Assembly (NCBI GenBank): GCA_964016885.1
Contig: OZ024745.1
Span: 19,034,001 to 19,098,000, forward strand
Source of the DNA: Eledone cirrhosa
Lineage: Eukaryota
Length of the DNA: 64,000 nucleotides
Direction: 5' to 3'
How positions within the stretch are numbered: position 1 is the stretch's first letter; each line of letters starts with the position of its first letter. Position numbers and translations under genes: made by a program. Below are positions 12,088 to 25,311 of the stretch, piece after piece. The notes beneath the pieces were generated by a model. That model ran no database searches and had not been told where the DNA came from. It saw only the letters and a program-made list of their open reading frames with translations.

Positions 12088-14880
12088 ATGGTATGGTGGT
12101 AGCATAGTGGGGGAGTGGTGATAGTATGGTGGTAGCATAGTGGGAGTGGAGTGGTGATAGTATGGTGGTAGCATAGTGGGGAGTGGTGATAGTATGGTGG
12201 TAGCATAGTGGGGGAGTAGTGATAGTATGGTGGTAGCATAGTGGGGGAGTGGTGATAGTATGGTGGTAGCATAGTGGGGGAGTAGTGATAGTATGGTGGT
12301 AGCATAGTGGGGGAGTGGTGATAGTATGGTGGTAGCATAGTGGGGGAGTGGTGATAGTATGGTGGTAGCATAGTGGGGGAGTGGTGATAGTATGGTGGTA
12401 GCATAGTGGGGGAGTAGTGATAGTATGGTGGTAGCATAGTGGGGGAGGAGGGAGTGGGGATGGTATGGTGGTAGCATAGTGGGGGAGTGGTGATAGTATG
12501 GTGGTAGCATAGTGGGGGAGTGGTGATAGTATGGTGGTAGCATAGTGGGGGAGTGGTGATAGTATGGTGGTAGCATAGTGGGGGAGTGGTGATAGTATGG
12601 TGATAGCATAGTGGGGGAGTAGTGATAGTATGGTGGTAGCATAGTGGGGGAGTGGTGATAGTATGGTGGTAGCATAGTGGGGGAGTGGTGATAGTATGGT
12701 GGTAGCATAGTGGGGGAGTGGTGATAGTATGGTGGTAGCATAGTGGGGGAGTAGTGATAGTATGGTGGTAGCATAGTGGGGGAGTGGTGATAGTATGGTG
12801 GTAGCATAGTGGGGGAGTAGTGATAGTATGGTGGTAGCATAGTGGGGGAGTGGTGATAGTATGGTGGTAGCATAGTGGGGGAGTGGTGATAGTATGGTGG
12901 TAGCATAGTGGGGGAGTAGTGATAGTATGGTGGTAGCATAGTGGAGGAGTGGTGATAGTATGATGGTAGCATAGTGGGGGGAGTGGTGATAGTATGGTGG
13001 TAGCATAGTGGGGGGGAGTGGTGATAGTATGGTGGTAGCATAGTGGGGGAGTGGTGATAGTATGGTGGTAGCATAGTGGGGGGGAGTGGTGATAGTATGG
13101 TGGTAGCATAGTGGGGGAGTGGTGATAGTATGGTGGTAGCATAGTGGGGGGGAGTGGTGATAGTATGGTGGTAGCATAGTGGGGGAGTGGTGATAGTATG
13201 GTGGTAGCATAGTGGGGGAGTGGTGATAGTATGGTGGTAGCATAGTGGGGGGAGTGGTGATAGTATGGTGGTAGCATAGTGGGGGAGTGGTGATAGTATG
13301 ATGGTAGCATAGTGGGGGGGAGGGGTGATAGTATGGTGGTAGCATAGTGGGGGGGAGTGGTGATAGTATGGTGGTAGCATAGTGGGGGAGTGGTGATAGT
13401 ATGATGGTAGCATAGTGGGGGGGAGTGGTGATAGTATGGTGGTAGCATAGTGGGGGGAGGAGGGAGTGGGGATAGTATGGTGGTAGCATAGTGGGGAATG
13501 GTGATAGTATGGTGGTAGCATAGTGGGGGGAGGAGGGAGTGGGGATAGTATGGTGGTAGCATAGTGGGGGGGAGTGGTGATAGTATGGTGGTAGCATAGT
13601 GGGGGAGTGGTGATAGTATGGTGGTAGCATAGTGGGGGAATGGTGATAGTATGGCGGTAGCATAGTGGGGGAGTGGTGATAGTATGGTGGTAGCATAGTG
13701 GGGGGAGTGGTGATAGTATTGTGGTAGCATAGTGGGGGAGTGGTGATAGTATGGTGGTAGCATAGTGGGGGAGTGGTGATAGTATTGTGGTAGCATAGTG
13801 GGGGAGTGGGGATAGTATGGTGGTAGCATAGTGGGGAATGGTGATAGTATGGTGGTAGCATAGTGGGGGGAGGAGGGAGTGGGGATAGTATGGTGGTAGC
13901 ATAGTGGGGGGGAGTGGTGATAGTATGGTGGTAGCATAGTGGGGGAGTGGTGATAGTATGGTGGTAGCATAGTGGGGGAATGGTGATAGTATGGCGGTAG
14001 CATAGTGGGGGAGTGGTGATAGTATGGTGGTAGCATAGTGGGGGAGTGGTGATAGTATGGTGGTAGCATAGTGGGGGAGTGGTGATAGTATGGTGGTAGC
14101 ATAGTGGGGGAGTGGTGATAGTATGGTGGTAGCATAATGGGGGGGGGGTGATAGTATGGTGGTAGCATAGTGGGGGAGTGGTGATAGTATGATGGTAGCA
14201 TAGTGGGGGGGAGGGGTGATAGTATGGTGGTAGCATAGTGGGGGGGAGTGGTGATAGTATGGTGGTAGCATAGTGGGGGGAGTGGTGATAGTATGATGGT
14301 AGCATAGTGGGGGGGAGTGGTGATAGTATGGTGGTAGCATAGTGGGGGGAGGAGGGAGTGGGGATGGTATGGTGGTAGCATAGTGGGGAATGGTGATAGT
14401 ATGGTGGTAGCATAGTGGGGGGGAGTGGTGATAGTATGGTGGTAGCATAGTGGGGGAATGGTGATAGTATGGTGGTAGCATAGTGGGGGGGAGTGGTGAT
14501 AGTATGGTGGTAGCATAGTGGGGGGGAGTGGTGATAGTATGGTGGTAGCATAGTGGGGGAGTGGTGATAGTATGGTGGTAGCATAGTGGGGGAATGGTGA
14601 TAGTATGGCGGTAGCATAGTGGGGGAGTGGTGATAGTATGGTGGTAGCATAGTGGGGGAGTGGTGATAGTATTGTGGTAGCATAGTGGAGGGAGTGGTGA
14701 TAGTATGGTGGTAGCATAATGGGGGGGGAGTGGTGATAGTATGGTGGTAGCATAGTGGGGGGAGTGGTGATAGTATTGTGGTAGCATAGTGGAGGGAGTG
14801 GTGATAGTATGGTGGTAGCATAATGGGGGGGAGTGGTGATAGTATGGTGGTAGCATAGTGAGGGGAGTGGTATAGTGGCA
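12088..14880. repeat. 33-bp G-rich minisatellite (GTGGTGATAGTATGGTGGTAGCATAGTGGGGGA), about 80 copies
   Basis: Period 33 with a variable G-run; source of three spurious minus-strand ORFs. Confidence 0.97.
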
Positions 14881-15507
14881 ATAGTGGGTGGGTGGGGTGG
14901 TGTAGTGGGGGGAGTGATGGGAGTAGTGGTAATAGTGGTGTAGGCGTGTAGTAGCGATGGTTATGGTGATGTAGTGGTAATGTAGTGGTGATAGTGGGTG
15001 TGATGGGAATATAGCTGTGTAGTGGTGATAGTGGGAGGTAGTTGTGAAGTTGAAGTGGGGAGGTGTGTGGCCTAGTGGTAAGGTGTTGAACTTATGATCA
15101 TAATTTGGTGGGTTTGATTCCTGGACTGGGTTGTGTGTTGTGTTCTTGAACAAAACACTTCATTTCATGCTGCTCCTGTATACTGCGATGGACTGACGTC
15201 CTGTCCAGGGGATTTGGGGTGTTGTACTCTCAATTGCTTAATGCCATGGAAACTAGGATGATGACCCTCCGGGCTTGAGACAGACTCTAGACTTTAGAAG
15301 TTGAAGTGGTTCTATAGGAGGAATTGGTGTGCTTTGATATTAATATTACAGACTATGACCAAAACAAGACTGTTGAGACATAACTGAAGAAACATAGTGT
15401 TAGATTTCGTTGCTGCCTAGCCTGTAGCATATACTACAATAAAAGAGCCCTAAAATTTAAAAAAGATATGACATAAATGTTAAAAGTAGTATAGTACTTT
15501 AACAAGG

Positions 15508-15810
15508 TGCTTGGCTTAGTGGTTAGTGTTGGGCTTACAATCGTCAGGTTGTGAGTTCAATTCCTGGACCAGGTGGTGTGTTGTGTCATTGAGTAAGACA
15601 CTTTATTTCATGTAGAAATGAGTTGTGATGTCACTGGAGCCAAGCTGTATTGACCTTAGCCTTTCCCTTGGACAACATCGGTGCCATGGAGACGGAAGAC
15701 TGGTATGCATGGTCTTCCAAAAATATAAAATACTTTTCCGGACTCTGTGTCTCAGAGAGAAAATTTCTAGGTTGCAAATCACATAGTCATTTGTGACCAA
15801 AGGGGGTCTT
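15508..15810 (+). mobile_element. tRNA-derived SINE, family B
   Basis: A box TGGCTTAGTGG, B box GAGTTCAATTCC, central TTGTGTC.TTGAG.AAGACACTTTA. Other copies at about 36398-36715 (+) and 54922-55245 (-). Confidence 0.8.
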
Positions 15811-16416
15811 TACTTCTACTACCTCAAGAAGAATTTTCCTGGGGTTGAATGATAGTCAATGTGACTGTAATTGAAGTAGGGAAAGTGATTTCTTTAAAAC
15901 TTTAGTATTCAAGCAGATACAGACTAACAAGGAATACAACGCTATCTTGGTAGTATATTATTTTACAAAGTCCACAGAAAGTATTTTCTTGCAATGCTTT
16001 GTTCATCTCTCAAAATCTCATAGTTTAATCTTTGTTTTAATCTCATTTTGAAATCACTACTCTCCTTTTTAAGTTGTAAAATTTCATCTTGAAATCCTTA
16101 ATCTCAATTTGAACTGATATGTGCTCACTTAAAATTTCAAATACTGTAGATGGATGAGCCAATGAGAAGACCTGTAAGTTATCACACAACACAACCTGCT
16201 GGAGATTGTAAACCAAATCTCCTTCAACCATATCCTTACTATCTTAAAAAGAGACACATGTTGAATAACATAGTCCAAGAAATACAGCTGTGGCAGTAAT
16301 AATAGTAGCAGTAGTGGTGATTTTCTGTATTATCCACAAAGGGTTCACATGAATAAAACATTAAGGACAGCAGGGGACGATACAGTTAGGATTTTTTCAT
16401 GTCAAAATATAACAAA

Positions 16417-16616
16417 NNNNNNNNNNNNNNNNNNNNNNNNNNNNNNNNNNNNNNNNNNNNNNNNNNNNNNNNNNNNNNNNNNNNNNNNNNNNNNNNNNNN
16501 NNNNNNNNNNNNNNNNNNNNNNNNNNNNNNNNNNNNNNNNNNNNNNNNNNNNNNNNNNNNNNNNNNNNNNNNNNNNNNNNNNNNNNNNNNNNNNNNNNNN
16601 NNNNNNNNNNNNNNNN
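16417..16616. other. Assembly gap (200 N)
   Basis: Run of N. Confidence 1.
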
Positions 16617-16934
16617 CTCCCTTCTCTTTCCCTTCCTTCCCGTCCTGCACCTTCTCTTTTTCCTTCCTCCTCCTCATTCACTTTTTCCCTATTCCCTCCT
16701 CCTCATTCACTCCTTCCCCTATTCCCTCCTCCTCTCATTCACTCCTTCCCCTACTCCCCACTCCTCCTCTTCCCTTCCTGCACCTCCTCTTCTCCTTCCC
16801 CTATTCCCTCCTCATTCTCTCCTTCCCCTATTCCCCCGCTCCACCTACTCCTTCTCTCCGCCCCCTCTTCTTCCCTCCCTCTCTTTAATACCACTTGTTC
16901 TCCTCTCTCTCTCTCTCTCTCTCTCTACCCACAG

Positions 16935-17033
16935 AACACTGCTGTAAATAAAACTATTGTGGACAACATCCAGGTAAAAGATGTCGATGGAGTTAATGAC
17001 ATGATAACTGTCAGGTGTGAACCCGGAAGTCAG
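16935..17033 (+). CDS. Cadherin exon 5 (NTAVNKTIVDNIQVKDVDGVNDMITVRCEPGSQ)
   Basis: (CT)n plus cacag acceptor, cag|gtgaca donor; DxD motif; phase 0/0. Confidence 0.85.
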
Positions 17034-17984
17034 GTGACAACTTAACATTACTTTAACAACTTTACTCTCTTGTAATAAACAACTGATGAGTTTCAAAAAG
17101 CCCAACAATACCTCCCTTCACCATCCTCCTGGGAAATGCCTTCCCCTATTCTGTCTACTAGGGCCCACAGCACAGCCAGCATGTGTGGGGCCCCCATTTG
17201 GTCATAATGGTGAGAGATGGGAAGAGACAGAAGCAGTGACAGTGGGAGTTTGGTTCCTTTGTGTTCACACTTGGTGTATATGTATATATTTATTTAACAC
17301 ACCACATTTTACTTATCAACTACTAAACACAAACAACACCAACAACATCATTTCTCCACCCTCTTCTACATATATACTGTAGAAATATATAAAGGGCAAA
17401 GGATGACAAATAAAACAAAATCAAGTAATGTTTTACCCAGTATATTTCAAAATGATATTTCAGGGTTAGCACCCCCTTTTCAAATGAACAATCAATGCAT
17501 TCAACCTCACACATCGATTATTCGTTTTGTTTCGTATTAACTATACTACTTTATTATTCTACTGTTTATTTCTTTTTTAATCTTTATTTATGTCAGCTGA
17601 TGTGGATATACATTACTGCACACACACACAAACACACACAAACACACACACACACAATTGTGTAGTGGTGGTGGGGGTTACCATTATGTAATGGTGATTA
17701 ATGTATAGTCACTACTAAGGAAGTGACTTGGCAGAGTTGGTAGAGGATCAGATGAAATGCCATTGTGGTGTATATACTGGCTCTTTACAATCTGAGGTCA
17801 AATCCTGTCAAGGTTAGCTTTGCCTTTCATCCTTACAGGGGCCAATAAAATGAAATACCAGTAACTAACTGGGGTTGATTTAATTGACGTTTCTCTTCTC
17901 TTCAAATTGCTGGCCTTGTGCCAAAAGTAGAAATAATTAAATGAAGCAAAAGCAAGGAGAAGACCCCAACATTTAAAAAATATC

Positions 17985-20105
17985 TAAATGGGTTAACATA
18001 CCAGAATCTATGAATGGGTTAACATACCAGAATCTATGAATGGGTTAATATACCAGAATCTATGAATGGGTTAATATACCGGAATCTATGAATGGGTTAA
18101 CATACCGGAATCTATAAATGGATTAACATACCGGAATCTATAAATGGGTTAACATACTGGAATCTATGAATGGGTTAACATACCAGAATCTATAAATGGG
18201 TTAACATACCGGAATCTATAAATGGATTAACATACCAGAATCTATAAATGGGTTAACATACTGGAATCTATGAATGGGTTAACATACCAGAATCTATGAA
18301 TGGATTAACATACCGGAATCTATGAATGGGTTAACATACCGGAATCTATGAATGGGTTAACATACCGGAATCTATGAATGGGTTAACATACCAGAATCTA
18401 TAAATGGGTTAATATACCGGAATCTATGAATGGGTTAACATACCAGAATCTATGAATGGGTTAATATACCGGAATCTATAAATGGGTTAATATACCGGAA
18501 TCTATGAATGGGTTAACATACCGGAATCTATGAATGGGTTAACATACCAGAATCTATGAATGGGTTAACATACCAGAATCTATGAATTGGTTAATATACC
18601 GGAATCTATGAATGGGTTAACATACCAGAATCTATAAATGGGTTAACATACCGGAATCTATAAATGGGTTAACATACCGGAATCTATGAATGGGTTAACA
18701 TACCAGAATCTATAAATGGGTTAACATACCAGAATCTATAAATGGGCTAACATACTGGAATCTATGAATGGGTTAACATACCAGAATCTATAAATGGGTT
18801 AACATACTAGAATCTATAAATGGGCTAACATACCAGAATCTATAAATGGGCTAACATACTGGAATCTATGAATGGGTTAACATACCAGAATCTATGAATG
18901 GATTAACATACCAGAATCTATAAATGGGTTAACATACCAGAATCTATAAATGGGCTAACATACTGGAATCTATGAATGGGTTAACATACCAGAATCTATA
19001 AATGGGTTAACATACCGGAATCTATAAATGGATTAACATACCGGAATCTATAAATGGGTTAACATACCGGAATCTATGAATGGGTTAACATACCAGAATC
19101 TATGAATGGATTAACATACCGGAATCTATGAATGGGTTAACATACCGGAATCTATGAATGGGTTAACATACCGGAATCTATGAATGGGTTAACATACCAG
19201 AATCTATAAATGGGTTAATATACCGGAATCTATGAATGGGTTAACATACCAGAATCTATGAATGGGTTAATATACCGGAATCTATAAATGGGTTAATATA
19301 CCGGAATCTATGAATGGGTTAACATACCGGAATCTATGAATGGGTTAACATACCAGAATCTATGAATGGGTTAACATACCAGAATCTATGAATGGGTTAA
19401 TATACCGGAATCTATGAATGGGTTAACATACCAGAATCTATAAATGGGTTAACATACCGGAATCTATAAATGGGTTAACATACCGGAATCTATGAATGGG
19501 TTAACATACCAGAATCTATAAATGGGTTAACATACTAGAATCTATAAATGGGCTAACATACCAGAATCTATAAATGGGCTAACATACTGGAATCTATGAA
19601 TGGGTTAACATACCAGAATCTATAAATGGGTTAACATACCAGAATCTATAAATGGGCTAACATACCAGAATCTATAAATGGGCTAACATACTGGAATCTA
19701 TGAATGGGTTAACATACCAGAATCTATGAATGGGTTAACATACCAGAATCTATAAATGGGTTAACATACCAGAATCTATAAATGGGCTAACATACCGGAA
19801 TCTATGAATGGGTTAACATACTGGAATCTATAAATGGGTTAACATACCAGAATCTATAAATGGGCTAACATACTGGAATCTATGAATGGGTTAACATACC
19901 AGAATCTATAAATGGGCTAACATACCAGAATCTATAAATGGGTTAACATACCAGAATCTATAAATGGGCTAACATACTGGAATCTATGAATGGGTTAACA
20001 TACCAGAATCTATAAATGGGCTAACATACCGGAATCTATGAATGGGTTAACATACTGGAATCTATGAATGTGTTAACAACATACCGGACCATGCCAGAAT
20101 CTATA
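17985..20105. repeat. 26-bp minisatellite (GAATCTATGAATGGGTTAACATACCA), about 80 copies
   Basis: Period 26 (18001 to 18027). Confidence 0.97.
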
Positions 20106-20469
20106 AATCATTAACTTCTGATAGATGGATTCTGTGTTGGTTGTGAAAATGAGCTTTCAGTTACTTCATTAACTAAATTTATGGTTGGTGGAATTAATGC
20201 ATAAGTATCTCAGTATTCCACAGAAATGTATACCCTTAACATAATTTTCAAGTAGAAACAGTATAACACATTACATACTGAGGTCGATTTAATTGACTTT
20301 CCCCTTCCCTTCAAACTGCCTGCCATGTACCTAAATCAGAAACCATTATTATTATCATTTCCATTATTATTTTTATTGCGCATCATTACTGCCTTATCGA
20401 GCACAGCTCTGTGCACCTTGGGTATGTGCAGTGTAGTTGTTACTGATGTTGTTTCTATTGTATTGATAG

Positions 20470-20810
20470 TACTTTTCATTATGTGTGCAGTGCTTAGTAG
20501 TGCTATCTTTTGTATGCTGTATATATATTTGTAAGTCCTGGGGTTTTTGGTTTTGTATTTGTCTGCGTGTTTTTTTATCATTCCCAGAGAACCTATTATT
20601 ATAGGTGTTGTTTCTGTTTTCAGTTTCCACATTTGAGTTATTTCTATCTCTAGATCTTTATATTTGGAGAGTTTCTCTGTTTCCTTGGAAGATATATTGT
20701 CGTCTATGGGGATAGATACATCTATTAGGGGGCATTTATTTCTTTGTAGTCTTTGACTATAATATCTGGCTGGTTGGCCTTGATCTCTCTATGTATTGGT
20801 ATATTCCATA
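20470..20810 (-). mobile_element. Degenerate Dong/R4-like RLE 3' fragment (different subfamily)
   Basis: N.PDI...D, KYKDLEIEI, MWKLKT...PIIIGSLG, IQKIALLSTAHI. Confidence 0.7.
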
Positions 20811-21040
20811 GGGTGGTGGATTGGCAGTATCAGTAAAGCATCAGACAACATGCTTTGTTGCATAGTTACGGCCCTGTGCAGTCTAAGTTCAAATCCTGCT
20901 GATGTTAATTTTGCCTTTCATCCTTATGGAGGTCAATAAAATAAATAACCAGTAACGCACTGGGGTTGATTTAATCAACTTTCCCCTCTCCCCAAATTCC
21001 TGGCTTTGTGCCTAAAGTAGAAACAATTATTATTATTATT
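20811..21040 (+). mobile_element. tRNA-derived SINE, family A (Nin/Deu-like central domain, (TAT)n tail)
   Basis: A box TGGCAGTATC.G, B box AGTTCAAATCC, core GCCTTTCATCCTTA.GGGGTCGATAAAATAAA.TACCAG. At least 12 copies in the window (e.g. 17728, 23005, 43034, 44782, 49397, 49882, 50320, 57296, 58966). The domain name is from memory. Confidence 0.85.
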
Positions 21041-21668
21041 TTCTTTCGCCGTAGATTTTCGTAGATTGTTTACCACCCCCCTTCCATTGTTTTAGCTCAT
21101 CTCACGGACGTCATTCAACTTATTTATATTACTGAAAGCGTGACACTCACGGTCAGATGTACGTATTAATATATAGATGTCTCTACTTTTGACACAAGAC
21201 CAGTAATTACCCAGTGTATTACTGGTGCATTATTTTATCGACCCCTGTAAGGATGAAAGACAAAGTTAATCTCGGCGGGATTTGTACTCGGACCATAAAG
21301 GGCCGTAACTCTTTGCTGCAAAACATGGTGTCCGACCCTCTACCGATACTGCCAATCCAACGTCCTCATAATAATAATAATAATAAATGTTTCTACTATT
21401 GGCACAAGGCCAGAAATTACCCAGTACATTACTGGTACTTTATTTTATCAGGGTCGATAAAATAAAGTACCAGTAATACACTGGGTAATTGCTGGTCTTG
21501 TGTCAAAAGTAGAGACATCTATATATTAATACGTACCGTACGTCTGACCGTGAGTGTCACGCTTTCAGTAATATAAATAAGTTGAATGACGTCCGTGAGA
21601 TGAGCTAAAACAATGGAAGGGGGGGGGGGGGGGTAAACAATCTACGAAAATCTACGGCGAAAGAAAAT
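21038..21668. repeat. Large inverted duplication, arms 21038-21244 and 21451-21668
   Basis: TTTTCTTTCGCCGTAGATTTTCGTAG... is mirrored by ...CTACGAAAATCTACGGCGAAAGAAAA. Confidence 0.92.
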
Positions 21669-22544
21669 CAAAGAGTGTTGCAACATTTGGAAAGGAGAGA
21701 GAGGGGTTATAATATATTTAGAGAGAGGGGGTTATAATATATAGAGAGGGATGGGTTATTATATATATAGAGAGAAGGGGATTATAATATAGAGAAAGGG
21801 ATCGGTTATAATATATATAGAGAGTGAGGGCGTCATAACATATATAGAGAGAGGGGGTTATAATATAGAGAAAGGAGGGTTAAAATATATATAGAGAGGG
21901 GGGTTAAATATATATAGAGAGAGAGGAGAGAGGGGTGTTATAATATATATAGAGTGTGGTTTTAATATATAGAGAAAGGGATGGGTTTATATATAAAGAG
22001 AGTGGGGTTTTAATATATTTAGGGAGAGGTGGTTATATTATATGTAGAGAGGTGGTTAGATATGAGAGAGAGGGGTGTTATAATATATAGAGAGGGGGGT
22101 TATCTCTCTCAATGCCAGGTTATTCAGCTAGTTATTATTATTATAAAGAGTATATACAACATGTACTGTGGAATATACCCTTCATCAGCTGCCATGTCTG
22201 GAGGTCACAATGATTTATCCACCCTCCAACAGTGTCACTCCCATCAGTAATATCTACCTAAACTTTACTGATAAACATTTTAAAAAATCTTAAATAAATC
22301 TATTTCAAATAACAACAACACTACAGATATTTAAAAACGAAAAATGAAGGGAAGAGCAAGAGATCTAAGGTCACAGAAAGATGGGAGGGGGGAAGAGGGC
22401 TCTAGGTCCGGGGTATGGCAGTGTTGGGGATGCACCCTGTGGACAAGACAACCTAAATATCTACAATTAATAATTTTGTATAAGAAATATATTTTGTATT
22501 TCATCATGGTCTTATTTTGTCTGTGTGTCCATTGTATTTTACAG

Positions 22545-22682
22545 CATCGAGAAGACTGCGAAACATTTTCGGTGGTACAAATTGGAACAAGATCAACTAA
22601 TAATTGGCAGGGTAAAATCATACTGGCTAAACCTCTTAACTTTGAAACGAAGAATTCTTACCAAGTACCACTAGTAGCATTT
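22545..22682 (+). CDS. Cadherin exon 6 (HREDCETF...KPLNFETKNSYQVPLVAF)
   Basis: ttttacag acceptor, gtaagt donor; LNFE variant of LDxE. Confidence 0.92.
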
Positions 22683-23729
22683 GTAAGTAAACTATAAATC
22701 ATCATCATTTAATGACTGCGTTCCTTGCTAGCAAGGGTTGGATGGGTCTACATAGACCAATTCAGTACTGAAGAGGAGGCCCTGATCTCCCAAACAGGTG
22801 AGGGATCTGTGTCTTTCTTATGTACAGTCTCATGTTTCTACCAAGTGCACAGGAGAGTTTGTCATCTCTTTGATATTAATGAGTGTCCTCCCAACCTTTT
22901 GTTTGGCAATATTTCTGTGGCTGGATGCCCTTCCTATCACCAATCACTTTAGAGCATGTACTGGTTGTGTTTATCATGTAGGTGACCAAACACTAGGGAG
23001 GCTGTCACAGTATCAGTAGAGCATTGGATACCATATTTCGCGGCAGAGAATTATGGCCCTTTACATTCTGATTTCAAATCCCACTAAGGTTAGCTTTGCC
23101 TTTTATCCTTATAAGGTCGGTAATATAAAGTAGCAGAAACCCACTAGCGTCAATTTAATCGACTTTCCTCTCCCTAAAAATTGTTTTGCTTGTGCCTAAA
23201 CCAAAATCCATTATTTCTAACATAGGCACAAAATAAACAAATTGGGTAGAGGCAAGAGTTGATTACATCAACCCTTGTACTTAACTGATATTATATTTTA
23301 TTAACCCCAGAAGGATGAAAGGCAAAGTTGACCTCAGCAGGATTTGAACATAAAGAATCAAGATTTTTTATCAAGATTTAATTTAAATATGAACACTTTG
23401 GTACAGGTGGGATAACATTAAAAGGGTTAAATAAGTAATTCTGAATATGATGATCAAGTAGTTAGGCTAGAGAAGAAATAATCTTAACTATTGTCACATC
23501 TTTGTTGTATTTTCTCCAATGGTGCTGACATTTCTCAAACATAAAGTATTAACATACAAAGTTTAATTGCCGTTGTTTATGTTGTATTTTCCTCAAGGTT
23601 AGTAAACCTTTAAAATAAAAAGGTTTAACTCTTTTGATACAAAGTAACCTGAAATTTCCCCTGGTTATATGTTACACAACTATTTGTTTCAAAGTGTTTA
23701 TATTTATCTGATATCATAAAGCGATGAGT

Positions 23730-24488
23730 ACATCGTACATCGATGACATCGTACTCATTGCTGAAACCACGGATCAGCTTCAGACCATGCTGACAGAGCT
23801 CGACATCAAAAGCTCTGCAGTAGGCTTCAAGATGGACCGCATGAAAACGAAGTTCATGAGGTCCAACAACATACCAACAGGTCGAATGGTGGTTGGCGGT
23901 GATGAAATAGGAGGTGGAGGAATACGTCTACCTAGGACAAGAAGTGAACATGCGAAGAGTAAGGGCTGGATGGAAGGCGTTCAACGGCATAAGGGATGTG
24001 CTCAAGGGGAGGTTGGACAAGACCACCCGCGCCAACCTCTTCAATAGCACAGTTTTACCTGCAATGTTACATGGCAGTGAAACTTGGGCTACAACGAAGA
24101 GAGAAGAGCAGAGGCTGATAACGGCTCAAAGAGCCATGGAGAGATCAATGTTAGGAATCTCGTTGAGAGAGCACATCAAGAGCGAAGTTATCAGACAGAA
24201 ATCCGGCGTGATGGACGTCATCACGGAATATATGCGCAGCAAGTTCAGATGGGCTAGACACATCGCCCGGTTCACCGATAATCGGTGGACTCACGCAGTT
24301 GCGAGTGGTACCCGCGCGAGCGGAAATGACGACTCGGAAGGCCTCCACGAAGGTGGAGTTACGATTTTGGGAATATGATTGGGACTACATGGATGAGGAA
24401 AGCACGATCCAGAGAGGAATGGACGGCGTGCTGTGACCAGCGGCGCTGAATGGACGCCCGACAGACTGGTCGATCAAGGTGATCATAA
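23730..24488 (+). mobile_element. RTE-clade LINE 3' fragment (no PHD), frameshifted
   Basis: YIDDIVLIA, KTKFM, VEEYVYLGQ, VLPAMLHGSETW, QRAMERSMLG, RWARHIAR. Confidence 0.9.
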
Positions 24489-24529
24489 AGCAAGGCATGG
24501 ATGGTATAGGCTTCACTTTTCAGCTCAAG

Positions 24530-24895
24530 CAAGTGGGGCTGGACCAAGGGGATGGCAAAGGGCCAGACAAAATGACAATCTTCCTGTTTCATATGTAGCC
24601 TCCCAGGTGCTACATGTTGCAACACCTTCTCTAGTAGCAACCTGGTGCATTCGGTTACCAGCCCAGGCTTTGCTGCCCACCAGGCTGAAGAGGGCAAACT
24701 GTTCAAGTATCAGCTGCTCTCTGATAAGTTTGTGGTAGAGCCTGTAGGAGGGGAAATTTCTAGTGTTCTTGGCCCCTGACAAATCGTTGCTCACTGCTAT
24801 TGGAGTGGAGTTAGCTGATCACATGTGCGAGCCCCATGAGGTGGAATGGCTGTCCCAGTGCATTTCCTTCACTGTCTTCCAGGGCAATGTATTCT
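24530..24895 (+). mobile_element. CRE-clade RLE fragment
   Basis: DGKGPDKMTIF...ATCCNTF..SNL...PGFAAHQAEEGK..KY. Confidence 0.65.
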
Positions 24896-25311
24896 CCATC
24901 ATGTTGGCCAGGACCATGAGGCAGAGGGTAAGATAGTTGGAGGTAGAAGATACTCATACACACATACTCAACCATTTATCCAAAAACCTTCCAAGAATCA
25001 TCATTAGGTTACATTCTAAACACCAACATAATGAGAACTAAATTAGTTGTATTAATAAATCCCTCAAATTCTTCATTATATTCAAAATTATTTGAAAATT
25101 ATAGGTAGTCTTTAATTAGAAATATATTTTAACCGGGATCACCACATCTTGTCATAAGGTGGAAAAATTGAACCCTTTTTTTATCATTAGAAATATAACA
25201 AAAGGGTTAAATTAGCTATCTTGAATATGATGGTTAATGGGAAAGAATTTTATTATGTGTCTAAGTGTAACCTGAACAAGTTTTAATTGTTGTTTATGTG
25301 TTTTCTTGAAG

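Noticed and set aside
12046-15153. Three 890-1035 aa His/Pro/Thr-rich ORFs
   Set aside because: All three minus frames are open only because the 33-bp unit lacks stops; intronic satellite.
16349-16947. ORFs spanning the N gap
   Set aside because: Artefacts of ambiguous bases; exons 4 and 5 join in frame without needing an exon in the gap.
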